Source: a virus. Taken from it: 29,934 nt of DNA. The DNA lies in IMG/VR virus record IMGVR_UViG_3300035698_018616, one strand, 5' to 3'. Under the pieces are notes generated by a model that saw nothing but the letters and a program-made list of their open reading frames with translations, was not told the origin of the DNA and did not search any database. Position 1 is the first letter of the stretch. Each line of letters begins with the position of its first letter. This document shows, piece by piece, positions 1-8,326 of the stretch. A program made the translations under genes and the position numbers.

Positions 1-28
1 AACACATAACAATATGAAGGAGAATTAA

Positions 29-1189
29 ATGTCATTAGAAGAATTGAAAGCTAATATACAAAAGAAAGCAAAAGGAACCCATGTATCAATACTTTCACAA
101 TCAGAAATAGCTACATCAACTGATAATATACCAACACCTGCTTATGATTTGAATCGTATACTTTCAGGTTCCTTATTTAGAGGTATACCAAATAGAACAT
201 TTACATTATTTGTAGGGCCAGAAGCTAGTGGGAAGTCAAGTATTATTTGTCTTTGTCTTGCTGAAGCTCAAAGAAAGGGATACACACCTATAATTATAGA
301 TACTGAAGGTTCGTGGAATGAATTATTTGTAAAAAGATGGGGAATGGACCCCGATAATATATTGTATATATACACCCCCTGGATAAGTGAAATTCAAGTT
401 ATACTCGGACAAATTATAGCCAGTGGTGATAAAAAAATAGCTTTAGCTTTAGATTCTATAGGTGCATTAGAAACATTAAAATTGGTTGATGATTCTTTAA
501 TTGGGGATGTAAAAGCAGATCAAGGTCAATTAGCTAAGAATATAAAGAGAGCAATGAAAATGCTTCAAAACATTGCTATAAATCAAGAATCTATAATTTT
601 TGGTGCAGGTCATTATTATGGAAATCCTAGTCAGTATGGATCAGCAGAAAAAATAGGTGGTGGATTTTATATGAGATTAGCACCACATATAATACTTTCA
701 TTAAAGAAATCGAAATTATTTGAAAATGGTGATAAAAAGAAAATTATAGGTAATGATGTAAAGGTAATAACTTTAAAGAATAAATTATACCCACCATTTC
801 AGGAAGCTACGTTAGAAATAGATTATCGTAATGGTATCAATTCATATGCTGGTATATTAGATTTAGCTATTAAAGCAGAATTAGCAGAGATAACCAGTCC
901 AGGACGGTATATAATTAATGGTCAAAAATATCATGGTGGTGTGGCAGCACAAGAAGGATTGAGAGAAGATAAAACAATATTAGATAAATTGGATAAATGG
1001 CTCGAAACAACGGGCTACTCAACAATAAACGAGAATATAGCCGAAGCTGAAAAAATATTAGTAAAAGAAATGGATAAAATAGAAGAAGAAATAGAGAAAC
1101 CCGTTGTGGCTAAAGAAAAACCAGTTGAGGCTAAAAAGAAGAAACCAAAGATAACGAGTAAACCAACAAAAGGTAAAGGGAAGAAATGA
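29..1189 (+). CDS. uvsX: UvsX/RecA-like recombinase (T4-like phage type)
   Basis: Walker A GPEASGKS, IIDTEGS, Walker B ALALDSIGAL, N-terminal TPAYDLNRILSGSLFRGIP typical of phage UvsX; RBS AAGGAG; Lys-rich C-terminal tail. Confidence 0.9.
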   Translation: MSLEELKANIQKKAKGTHVSILSQSEIATSTDNIPTPAYDLNRILSGSLFRGIPNRTFTLFVGPEASGKSSIICLCLAEAQRKGYTPIIIDTEGSWNELFVKRWGMDPDNILYIYTPWISEIQVILGQIIASGDKKIALALDSIGALETLKLVDDSLIGDVKADQGQLAKNIKRAMKMLQNIAINQESIIFGAGHYYGNPSQYGSAEKIGGGFYMRLAPHIILSLKKSKLFENGDKKKIIGNDVKVITLKNKLYPPFQEATLEIDYRNGINSYAGILDLAIKAELAEITSPGRYIINGQKYHGGVAAQEGLREDKTILDKLDKWLETTGYSTINENIAEAEKILVKEMDKIEEEIEKPVVAKEKPVEAKKKKPKITSKPTKGKGKK

Positions 1190-1395
1190 GCATAAGATGG
1201 AGATTAAATGGAGATATGATTTGTGCTGCGATGAGTAAGGCTGAACCTGATGATTGTTATATTAATGATAGATTGCATTATCAACTTTCGGTCATATCCA
1301 AATCCATTATTGCAGATATAGATCATGAGAATAATGGTTTATGGCATTGGGTTCATAATGAGGGTAAGAGATTAAGAGCAATTATAGAGAAATAG
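1186..1395 (+). CDS. small hypothetical phage protein (69 aa)
   Basis: ATGA overlap with the uvsX stop; no recognisable motif. Confidence 0.7.
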   Translation: MSIRWRLNGDMICAAMSKAEPDDCYINDRLHYQLSVISKSIIADIDHENNGLWHWVHNEGKRLRAIIEK

Positions 1396-1415
1396 TAGGA
1401 GGTGACTAATGAAAA

Positions 1416-1757
1416 ATGGATTTTTGCGTAAAGAATTGTGATCAAATGGAATTCGGAGACAATAATTTTCGGTGTAAGTACTATGATAAGAATTTAGAAT
1501 TCAACCATGGACTTGATAGTATAACCGTTTTAAGATGTAAGGAATGTATGGATGATAATGTAATAGGTAGCAACACCGATCAAGAGAAAGGAAGAAAACT
1601 GAAAAAATTGTTAGGATACATGGCTGATAGTTTTTATAGCCACAAGGATGAATTTGAAGATGCATTAACAGAAATGTATCGAATCATTCGGGACATGGAG
1701 AGCGAGGAGAAAGATGATGAAGAGGTCCGAATTCTCAAAACTAAAGAAGATAAATGA
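1416..1757 (+). CDS. hypothetical protein with Cys-rich N-terminus (possible Zn binding)
   Basis: CVKNC, C, and CKEC motifs; AGGAGG upstream. Confidence 0.7.
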   Translation: MDFCVKNCDQMEFGDNNFRCKYYDKNLEFNHGLDSITVLRCKECMDDNVIGSNTDQEKGRKLKKLLGYMADSFYSHKDEFEDALTEMYRIIRDMESEEKDDEEVRILKTKEDK

Positions 1758-1938
1758 TGATGATGGATTTTTCTCAAATAAATTAAAACTGGGTGAAAAG
1801 TTTTTGTATGGTACTGCTATGAAATCTCAAATAGAGCAAAAGGATATAGGAGATGATATTTCTTATTATATAGTAAGTGATATAACACAATCAGGTAATG
1901 TACTATATTCACCTGTAATGGATAAATTGGAGAAATAA
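1714..1938 (+). CDS. small hypothetical protein (74 aa)
   Basis: GAGGAG upstream; fills the gap in a co-oriented gene run. Confidence 0.65.
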   Translation: MMKRSEFSKLKKINDDDGFFSNKLKLGEKFLYGTAMKSQIEQKDIGDDISYYIVSDITQSGNVLYSPVMDKLEK

Positions 1939-1960
1939 TATAAAAGGGAGGTGGATTAAA

Positions 1961-2254
1961 ATGGCAAAAGAAGCGTTCGTGTATTCGTTCCAGTACGAAA
2001 TGAAAGAATCATCTTGGAGTGCTTTTATAGCAGCTTTTTCACAAGAGGAAGCAGTAGCTCAATTATATAAAGATACTCCGGGTAGGATTGAAAGGATAAC
2101 TAGTAACCAACAGCATTGTAAGTTAGATGCCGTATCGGATTCTTTAAGGAATGATATTACTATGCCGGAACAAACAAAGATTAATGAATTGTTGGCAGAA
2201 ATATCAGTATTGAAGAAAGCAAAGGATCTTAGAACTTTACCTAAGGCAAAGTAA
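1961..2254 (+). CDS. hypothetical protein (97 aa)
   Basis: Strong RBS GGGAGGTG; co-oriented. Confidence 0.75.
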   Translation: MAKEAFVYSFQYEMKESSWSAFIAAFSQEEAVAQLYKDTPGRIERITSNQQHCKLDAVSDSLRNDITMPEQTKINELLAEISVLKKAKDLRTLPKAK

Positions 2255-2257
2255 AAT

Positions 2258-3052
2258 ATGACAATAGGATTATATAATGCGGATAAGAGACTGTTAAAGT
2301 CCTTATCCGCAAAAATCAACATTATAGATCTTGATACTTCATTTCCTAAACTGAAGGGTTTGTTCATCGATTGGATTGACACTACAAACAGAAAGAAACC
2401 ATCCAAGAAATTTGCTCACCAAGCCGCTCTAATAAGTTACTATTCCAAAAAGAATATACCTATAATGATATATGATAGGCATATGTGTATAACCCAAAAG
2501 GAATTGAAGTGGCTGAAAAAGTTCTATGCTCACCTATTTGAACCTGCATTGAATAATAGAAAGGATTTTGAGTACTTACCTTACTGTATAGAACTGGATG
2601 ATAACAAACTATTGGATTATGAAGGTGGTAGAGAATATCATTTAGGTCACATAGGACTACAAACTGATTCCTTTGAGAAGTATTATGTTGGTCATCGAGA
2701 AAAGTTTCCGGATTCCAACTTTCATTACAAGGTTGAGAATTGGGAAGAAATACAATATATGGTAGCTATTGATAGTAAACATAATTACAGTATAGGTTAT
2801 TTGAATCAAAATGTTATTGATGCTTTGGAACATGGATGTATGGTGCTATGTCCTATAGAGCATAAATATTACAGTAATATGTTTTATGGTAATGTTGTAG
2901 GTGATATTAATTTTATTGATTACTGGATGAATATGAACCATGATATGAGGATTGCTTCTATAATGGGTGTATATGAGAATGTAAAAGAGAGATATCCAGA
3001 GTTTACCATAGGGCATTGGACTAAGAAAATAATAGAGGTGTTTGATAAATGA
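2258..3052 (+). CDS. divergent GT-B fold glycosyltransferase-like protein (possibly T4 beta-glucosyltransferase-like)
   Basis: C-terminal MVAIDSKHNYSIGYLNQNVIDALEHGCMVLCP resembles the GT-B donor-binding helix-strand (E/D-A-x-x-x-G-x-x-V-L); YHLGHIG matches the first strand of the C-domain. Confidence 0.45.
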   Translation: MTIGLYNADKRLLKSLSAKINIIDLDTSFPKLKGLFIDWIDTTNRKKPSKKFAHQAALISYYSKKNIPIMIYDRHMCITQKELKWLKKFYAHLFEPALNNRKDFEYLPYCIELDDNKLLDYEGGREYHLGHIGLQTDSFEKYYVGHREKFPDSNFHYKVENWEEIQYMVAIDSKHNYSIGYLNQNVIDALEHGCMVLCPIEHKYYSNMFYGNVVGDINFIDYWMNMNHDMRIASIMGVYENVKERYPEFTIGHWTKKIIEVFDK

Positions 3053-3372
3053 CCGATGTTGTAATGAGAAGACTTTTAGATACTGCTTCTGAGAGAATTG
3101 AAGTATTAAAAAGAATGACTGATGTACAATGTGAACATGGTAATTGGAATCATGATCCATATATGCACGGCATGGCGAATGCGATGATCTATGCTGTGGC
3201 TATAATGTGTAATTCTGAACCCGAATATCTTAATGCTCCTGATGTATGGTTAAAGGATGTTGATAGTGATGATGTAGAACCTATTGAGTCTCGTGAGGAA
3301 GTAGTGAGAGAAAGGGATTATAGAGGAATAAGTAATGAATGGATAAATATTCTGTTTGGAGAAGAATTATGA
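3049..3372 (+). CDS. hypothetical protein (107 aa) ending in a degenerate copy of the shared C-terminal tag
   Basis: ATGA overlaps at both ends; ends ...SNEWINILFGEEL*. Confidence 0.75.
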   Translation: MTDVVMRRLLDTASERIEVLKRMTDVQCEHGNWNHDPYMHGMANAMIYAVAIMCNSEPEYLNAPDVWLKDVDSDDVEPIESREEVVRERDYRGISNEWINILFGEEL

Positions 3373-3542
3373 ATGATATATCCCGTTATGAAAGATTGAC
3401 AAGGGATTTTTTAGCACCTTATCAAAAAGAATTATTAGAAGCTATGGCTCAAGGGATGATAATGACACCATCTTTCCTCGATATTCTTAAAAAATCGGAT
3501 GAATGGGAAGAAGTTAGTAAGTTATTTAAGGAAGAGCTATGA
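3369..3542 (+). CDS. 57-aa mini-protein with shared C-terminal tag
   Basis: Start moved to the ATG at 3369 (ATGA overlap, GGAGAAG RBS); ends KKSDEWEEVSKLFKEEL*. Confidence 0.75.
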   Translation: MNDISRYERLTRDFLAPYQKELLEAMAQGMIMTPSFLDILKKSDEWEEVSKLFKEEL

Positions 3543-3676
3543 AGACACTAAGAGGTAGAACCTATAAGGAGTATATATCTGATTGCTTTTATTGGAGTAT
3601 TTGGTGGACAGCCTTTCCATTAAGAAGACTATTTGAAGAGATTGAGTATTATGCTAAAGGAAAATTGAAGATATGA
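3539..3676 (+). CDS. 45-aa aromatic-rich small protein (not in ORF track)
   Basis: MKTLRGRTYKEYISDCFYWSIWWTAFPLRRLFEEIEYYAKGKLKI*; ATGA overlaps with both neighbours. Confidence 0.6.
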   Translation: MKTLRGRTYKEYISDCFYWSIWWTAFPLRRLFEEIEYYAKGKLKI

Positions 3677-4401
3677 AGATAATAAGACAAGATAAAGATT
3701 CAAAGGTGTTAGTGGTCACTCCTTTACTTCCAAATCATAAAATATCAAAGGATACCAAGAAAACTATTAAGAGGAATAAGATACCATTTACTTGGATTAC
3801 CTCCGAAGGTCATAACAACATCCCTGTCAATGTAGAATTAGGTTTAAATGACTATAGAAAGAAGTTCCCCAAGTACCTACCTTCCTATATACTACCTTTA
3901 GACCGTGATATCATCTTAGGTCGTAATATGATTGATAGAATGGTAGCTGTATTGGATATCTTGCCTGATGAAATTGCTTATACATATGCTAACTTTGAAT
4001 TTAAGGGTGCTATTGATAAGAAGTTTCCAGCGAAACCCTTTGATATTAATGCTCTTGTATTCAATAACTATATATCCTCTAATTCCCTTATAAAGATTAA
4101 GTACTTAGATGCTATAGGAGGATTTATAAAAGATAAAAAATATAAAAGGTTACTGGATTGGTGTTTGTGGCTAAAGTTCTATCAGCACGGTTACATAGGC
4201 ATGCCAACTCCGAATGCCAATTTTATAGCATTATCAACATCTAATGATATAAGTGCAGGTACTCAGGAAGACTTTGAACTAAAAAGGAAAAGAGTTTTAG
4301 AGGATTTCGTTAAGCCTATAATGGAGCAAGCAAAAAAAGAGGACTCTTCTCATAGTATTGATGATGTAGAGCCCCCTTTAGATAATGTGCTTACTTTTTA
4401 G
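3673..4401 (+). CDS. GT2 (GT-A fold) glycosyltransferase
   Basis: VLVVTPL first strand, DxD in ILPLDRD, YISSNSLIK, GGF...LLDWCLWLKF. Confidence 0.8.
   Translation: MKIIRQDKDSKVLVVTPLLPNHKISKDTKKTIKRNKIPFTWITSEGHNNIPVNVELGLNDYRKKFPKYLPSYILPLDRDIILGRNMIDRMVAVLDILPDEIAYTYANFEFKGAIDKKFPAKPFDINALVFNNYISSNSLIKIKYLDAIGGFIKDKKYKRLLDWCLWLKFYQHGYIGMPTPNANFIALSTSNDISAGTQEDFELKRKRVLEDFVKPIMEQAKKEDSSHSIDDVEPPLDNVLTF
4332..4379 (-). terminator. intrinsic terminator closing the long minus-strand cluster
   Basis: Minus-strand GGGGGCUCU...AGAGUCCUC stem (2 G-U pairs) with inner UCAU/AUGA pairing, followed by U7, just past the stop at 4391; it lies within the 3' end of the convergent GT2 gene. Confidence 0.6.
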
Positions 4402-4762
4402 ATTCTTTATCGTTAACCTTAGTAATAATATCTATAAGGTCTTTTTTTAAGACATCTTTCCATTCTTTACCTGTCTTAGATATTTGTTGTATAGTGTCAT
4501 ATGTTACATTATTAGCAACATACATACCGATCATGGTATCTCTTGATGGTATTAAAACAGCCACGAAAATAAATACAATACTTACTATCAATAGCAACCG
4601 TTTCTTTCCTTTTGACATTAATTCTTCTAATTCTAAAGATTTATATAGGAAGGAAAACCCATAAATAAAAATAGAAATTATACCTACCATCAAAAAAAGT
4701 GACATTATTGGATTTACTACTCCTAACAAATAAATCAACCAAGGGCTTACAATCGGGTCCAT
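4391..4762 (-). CDS. phage membrane protein, about 2 TM helices
   Basis: Two hydrophobic stretches; PIVSPWLIYL and LIPSRDTM pattern resembles common phage hypothetical membrane proteins; RBS GGGAGG. Confidence 0.75.
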   Translation of the reverse strand: MDPIVSPWLIYLLGVVNPIMSLFLMVGIISIFIYGFSFLYKSLELEELMSKGKKRLLLIVSIVFIFVAVLIPSRDTMIGMYVANNVTYDTIQQISKTGKEWKDVLKKDLIDIITKVNDKESKK

Positions 4763-4782
4763 AACATTTTACCTCCCTTTCT

Positions 4783-4920
4783 TTAATTAACAGTCCATAC
4801 CTCCGCTGGCAATTCTCCAGTATCCCAAACCGCTTCAGTGTCCCAGATTTCTTCCTCTCTTAATTCAGCTATCTGCTCTTCCGAATCACCATTAAAATCA
4901 AACAAATCATCAAATGACAT
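4783..4920 (-). CDS. 45-aa highly acidic peptide (not in ORF track)
   Basis: MSFDDLFDFNGDSEEQIAELREEEIWDTEAVWDTGELPAEVWTVN*; RBS AAGGAGGT; fills the gap between two minus-strand genes. Confidence 0.7.
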   Translation of the reverse strand: MSFDDLFDFNGDSEEQIAELREEEIWDTEAVWDTGELPAEVWTVN

Positions 4921-4924
4921 AACT

Positions 4925-5080
4925 CTACCTCCTTTCTACTTCGCCTTCGGTTATAAAATATACTTTGTTCCTATCATCCACATATATAGGAATCGGTATA
5001 GGTATGATACAACATCCACTATATGACAAACTAATCATTATCAAGATGATACTCAATATTCTCTTTAGCTTTGAAATCAT
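4925..5080 (-). CDS. putative small lipoprotein (51 aa)
   Basis: Start at MISKLKR after GAGGAG; basic n-region, hydrophobic h-region and lipobox-like SYSG-C, then a Pro-rich IPIPIP segment. Confidence 0.55.
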   Translation of the reverse strand: MISKLKRILSIILIMISLSYSGCCIIPIPIPIYVDDRNKVYFITEGEVERR

Positions 5081-5825
5081 ATATCTCCTCTGCAAGTTTT
5101 GTATCCACACTAACTTCTTGTACCCCTATTGTAGCACTATTTTTATCAAATGTAAAGCTATTTTCTTTTCCAATCATAGTAGCAATTTCCAGAACACTTG
5201 TTAATCTACCACTTCCTATTGGAACAGGTTGATTGGTAACTCTATCAGAATTCAATGCTAACCAAATTGCTTCACATATATCGTTTACATGGATAAAATC
5301 TCTTTTCTGTTTACCATCACCATTAATCACTAACTTCTCTCCTTTAGCTTTAGCATTTATGAATAGTGGTATGACAGAAGGTTTTTCCTCCCAATACTTA
5401 CCACCGTATACATTAGCAAATCTTAGTATGTGGTTTTTACCTTTGTAGAGGTTCAATCTTTTAGCTTCGATTTCACCCATGAATTTCGTCATTCCATAGA
5501 GTGATTCATATGGTGTTGGTGCAGCGCCAGAGGAAGCAAACACTAATGGTGTATCATATTTTTCTGCTTGCTGCATTATATAGAAAGTTGATGTTACATT
5601 AGTAGTTACAGCATCTTCTGGATCATCTCTACATTCACCTACACCAGCTACAGCAGCAAGATGTACCACAGCATCGTATCTCCATACATCATTTATGTCT
5701 AATACCCAATTATCATCCTTCTTGTCTATTATAGTATAGCCACAATCCTTTTCTTTTAAGTAATCAACCAGATTGCTACCTATATAACCCTTTCCACCTG
5801 TAATGAGAATTTCTTTTTTATACAT
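5031..5825 (-). CDS. NAD-dependent epimerase/dehydratase (extended SDR)
   Basis: ILITGGKGYIGS, VHLAA, FASS, YGMTK, RFANVYG, DGKQKRDFIHVND. Confidence 0.92.
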   Translation of the reverse strand: MYKKEILITGGKGYIGSNLVDYLKEKDCGYTIIDKKDDNWVLDINDVWRYDAVVHLAAVAGVGECRDDPEDAVTTNVTSTFYIMQQAEKYDTPLVFASSGAAPTPYESLYGMTKFMGEIEAKRLNLYKGKNHILRFANVYGGKYWEEKPSVIPLFINAKAKGEKLVINGDGKQKRDFIHVNDICEAIWLALNSDRVTNQPVPIGSGRLTSVLEIATMIGKENSFTFDKNSATIGVQEVSVDTKLAEEIYDFKAKENIEYHLDND

Positions 5826-6068
5826 AACATATTCCTCCTTTTAATTTTTGTGTCCGGCTAGGGGGGGTAAAAACCATAAGAATTATCACTTACTTTCACA
5901 ATTCTTTAATCTTTACAATACTTTCCTTCATTCTCACCCTTTCTATTACTATCATTACTTTTCTTTGATTTTAGTACTTTTCAAAAGCGGCGGTATTCTC
6001 TCCTTCTAATGTTTTCAACGCTTGAGTACTGGTTCGACCCCTATAAAGCGTAACAATTTTTTCACACA

Positions 6069-6443
6069 CTACTTCCTCCAATTATAAATTATATCAACCT
6101 CATCTTCATCGGGTTCTTCATATGTAGTTCCTTTCCACAACTTACCACCCTCTACATAAATTAAAATAGATTCTTCAAATAAACTTCTTGCCTCATTCCT
6201 CCATTCTCTTTTAGGGGAAATTAGAGATATAATGACAATGAAACCTTGTTTCTCTATTAATGATGCAAGTTTAGCAATAGTTAGAATATTTTTATGTCTT
6301 CCATCATCTGTAAAGCCAAAATCAATCATCCCTCTAAATTCATCACCATCTAATATTACAGAAGGTACGGATAATTCTTTTTGTAATCTATAAGCTAAGG
6401 TAGTCTTACCAGCATTTGCTTTCCCTGTTATCCAAAATACCAT
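6069..6443 (-). CDS. cysC: adenylylsulfate (APS) kinase-like protein, unusually short
   Basis: VFWITGKANAGKTT P-loop, LDGDEFR, GFTDDGRHKNI, SLISP, YEEP. Confidence 0.75.
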   Translation of the reverse strand: MVFWITGKANAGKTTLAYRLQKELSVPSVILDGDEFRGMIDFGFTDDGRHKNILTIAKLASLIEKQGFIVIISLISPKREWRNEARSLFEESILIYVEGGKLWKGTTYEEPDEDEVDIIYNWRK

Positions 6444-6447
6444 ATCT

Positions 6448-6921
6448 TTAAAAACTCCCTCTATATAATTTTACTGGATTACCTACTACTCTTATACCAT
6501 CAGGCACATCCTTAGTAACAACACTACCAGCCCCTATGAATGATTCTGCTCCTATAGTACATGGACTTATAATGGTAGCATTTGCTCCTATCATAGCACC
6601 CTTCTTGACCAATATCTTTTCTAATTTACTGTTACCATAAGGATTAGGACTTCTGACATTAGTGAATACAGCACTCGGTCCTATAAAAACATAATCTTCT
6701 AATGTTACACCCTCAAAGAGATGAACATTATTTTGTATCCTACATCCCTTACCTATTATGACATTAGGGCCTATCACACAATTTTGACCTATGTTACATA
6801 AATCACCTATAATGGTTCCTTCCATTATGTGACAGAAATGCCAAATTTTAGTATCTTTACCAATTATGACCCCATCATCCACATAGGAGGATTCATGTAC
6901 AAATGCTATTTTCTGATCCAA
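6448..6921 (-). CDS. wbpD: WbpD/WlbB-like sugar N-acetyltransferase (left-handed beta-helix)
   Basis: FVHESSYVDDGVIIGKDTKIWHFCHI, IQNNV, FIGPSAVFTNV, hexapeptide repeats, VGNP. Confidence 0.88.
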   Translation of the reverse strand: MDQKIAFVHESSYVDDGVIIGKDTKIWHFCHIMEGTIIGDLCNIGQNCVIGPNVIIGKGCRIQNNVHLFEGVTLEDYVFIGPSAVFTNVRSPNPYGNSKLEKILVKKGAMIGANATIISPCTIGAESFIGAGSVVTKDVPDGIRVVGNPVKLYRGSF

Positions 6922-7458
6922 AATCTACTTCTCCATCCACTATTATGAAACACATCATGTTTTAATGGTGTAAAAACTTTCATGGTTTCTTCTATATCTT
7001 CATAATTGATTTCCAAACCCCAATCATGACACCCTATTATATCACCACTATTTAAATAAGGGGCATAGATGTTCACCTCTCCCTTCTTATTTCCATTATC
7101 ACAATATAGAAATTTCTTCCTTTTGTCCTTGCATAGTTTAATGATATCGGCATCAGGTTTACTCAAGATATCCATAACTTTAAACATAACTTTACCTTTC
7201 AATTGTTTCCTTACATTATGAAAATACCTATCATCTATATCATAAGCTCTTATTTCAGCATTAGGACAGGTATCATTTAAAAACAGAGTCAAACCTCCGT
7301 ATTGGGAGCCAAACTCTATAATTAGTTCCGGGTTAAGATCTGTTAAAATTTCAGCTATTGTATTCATTGCTTGCCATTCATGACGAAGCCTGATACCCTT
7401 ATACCCTTATACCCTTATAATCAAACCCACCCATTTCCACCGGTTTAAATTTTTTCAT
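6906..7458 (-). pseudogene. CmcI/cephalosporin-hydroxylase-like SAM methyltransferase, frameshifted near its 5' end (6906-7367 remains open)
   Basis: PELIIEFGSQYGGLTLFL and GDIIGCHD motifs; MKKFKPVEMGGFDYKGI from the ATG at 7458 joins RLRHEWQAMNTIAEIL in frame if the 8-bp repeat has a single copy. Confidence 0.7.
7393..7419. repeat. 8-bp tandem repeat (ATACCCTT) x3 plus ATA
   Basis: ataccctt ataccctt ataccctt ata read directly. Confidence 0.95.
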
Positions 7459-8326
7459 ATTTCTTTCTCATCCTCCATACCAATTCTATAGAAGGTTTAG
7501 CATCTTCTATACCATACCCTCCTCCATTTAGTATATCACGATACACCTCAGTATGTAAATCAGCAAAAACCTTATCCATACGAATAAGTTCCTCATTTAC
7601 AGTAATTTCTCTAAATGCTCCTTCATGTCCTTCTGGTAGTAATCCACTATCAGTTGACAATAAAAAGTTAGCCTTGGCTCTATCCAGATAAACTGTTCCT
7701 TCTACTGTATGCTTGTCCATAGTATTGATTGCAAAACTCAATTGCTTTCCAAATATCCATATAAGCATATCAAATAGATGTATACCTATGTTAGTAAGTA
7801 TACCACCAGACTTTTTATTATTACCCTTCCAGGACCTATCATACCATGGACCTCTTGGAGTAATATAAGTGATGTTTACTCTACACATACCAGAGGGTAG
7901 GTTTTCCTTGAGTTTCAATAATTCCGGATGATACCTTAGTTGAAGTATATTGTATATCTTTTTACCTGTTTCTTTTTCTATCACCTGTAATTGTTCTATA
8001 TTTTTAGAAAAAAGGACTAAAGGTTTCTCACATATAACATCGGCACCTACCCTCATTCCTAATCTACAATGGGCATCATGTAAGTAATTAGGAGAACATA
8101 TACTTAAATAGTCTATGCCCTTACCTTCCCTTTTCAGCAATTCTAAATGACGGTCAAACCTTTCTATTTCAGTAAAAAACTCACATTCAGGAAAATAAGA
8201 ATCAAGTATACCCACTGAATCATGTGTATCCACAGCAGCTACAAGATTACCACCTATTTCTTTAATTGCTTTCATATGTCTTGGTGCTACATAACCGGCG
8301 GCACCCATCAATGCAAAATCAGTCAT
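7445..8326 (-). CDS. wbpB: WbpB/WlbA-like UDP-GlcNAcA 3-dehydrogenase (Gfo/Idh/MocA)
   Basis: FALMGAAGYVAPRHMKAIKE, DSVGILDSYFP, SICSPNYLHDAH, CEKPL, SGGILTNIGIHLFD. Confidence 0.92.
   Translation of the reverse strand: MTDFALMGAAGYVAPRHMKAIKEIGGNLVAAVDTHDSVGILDSYFPECEFFTEIERFDRHLELLKREGKGIDYLSICSPNYLHDAHCRLGMRVGADVICEKPLVLFSKNIEQLQVIEKETGKKIYNILQLRYHPELLKLKENLPSGMCRVNITYITPRGPWYDRSWKGNNKKSGGILTNIGIHLFDMLIWIFGKQLSFAINTMDKHTVEGTVYLDRAKANFLLSTDSGLLPEGHEGAFREITVNEELIRMDKVFADLHTEVYRDILNGGGYGIEDAKPSIELVWRMRKKYEKI

Noticed and set aside
2059-3160. Minus-strand ORFs 2059-2406 and 2846-3160
   Set aside because: Antisense shadows of well-supported + strand genes, with no motifs.
1397-5840. Out-of-frame ATG between the RBS and the real start at three genes (1416, 4762, 5825; ATGTTATG twice)
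   Set aside because: Spacing to the in-frame ATG remains acceptable and three cases can arise by chance.
6017-6052. GGTTCGACCC T-loop-like motif flanked by ACGCTT/AAGCGT
   Set aside because: The T-stem does not pair and no cloverleaf can be built, so it is not called as a tRNA.
5826-6068. Largest gap in the cluster, containing a G7 tract (5861-5867) and two tiny possible minus-strand ORFs
   Set aside because: No convincing promoter, RNA structure or protein motif; a phase-variable role for G7 cannot be supported.
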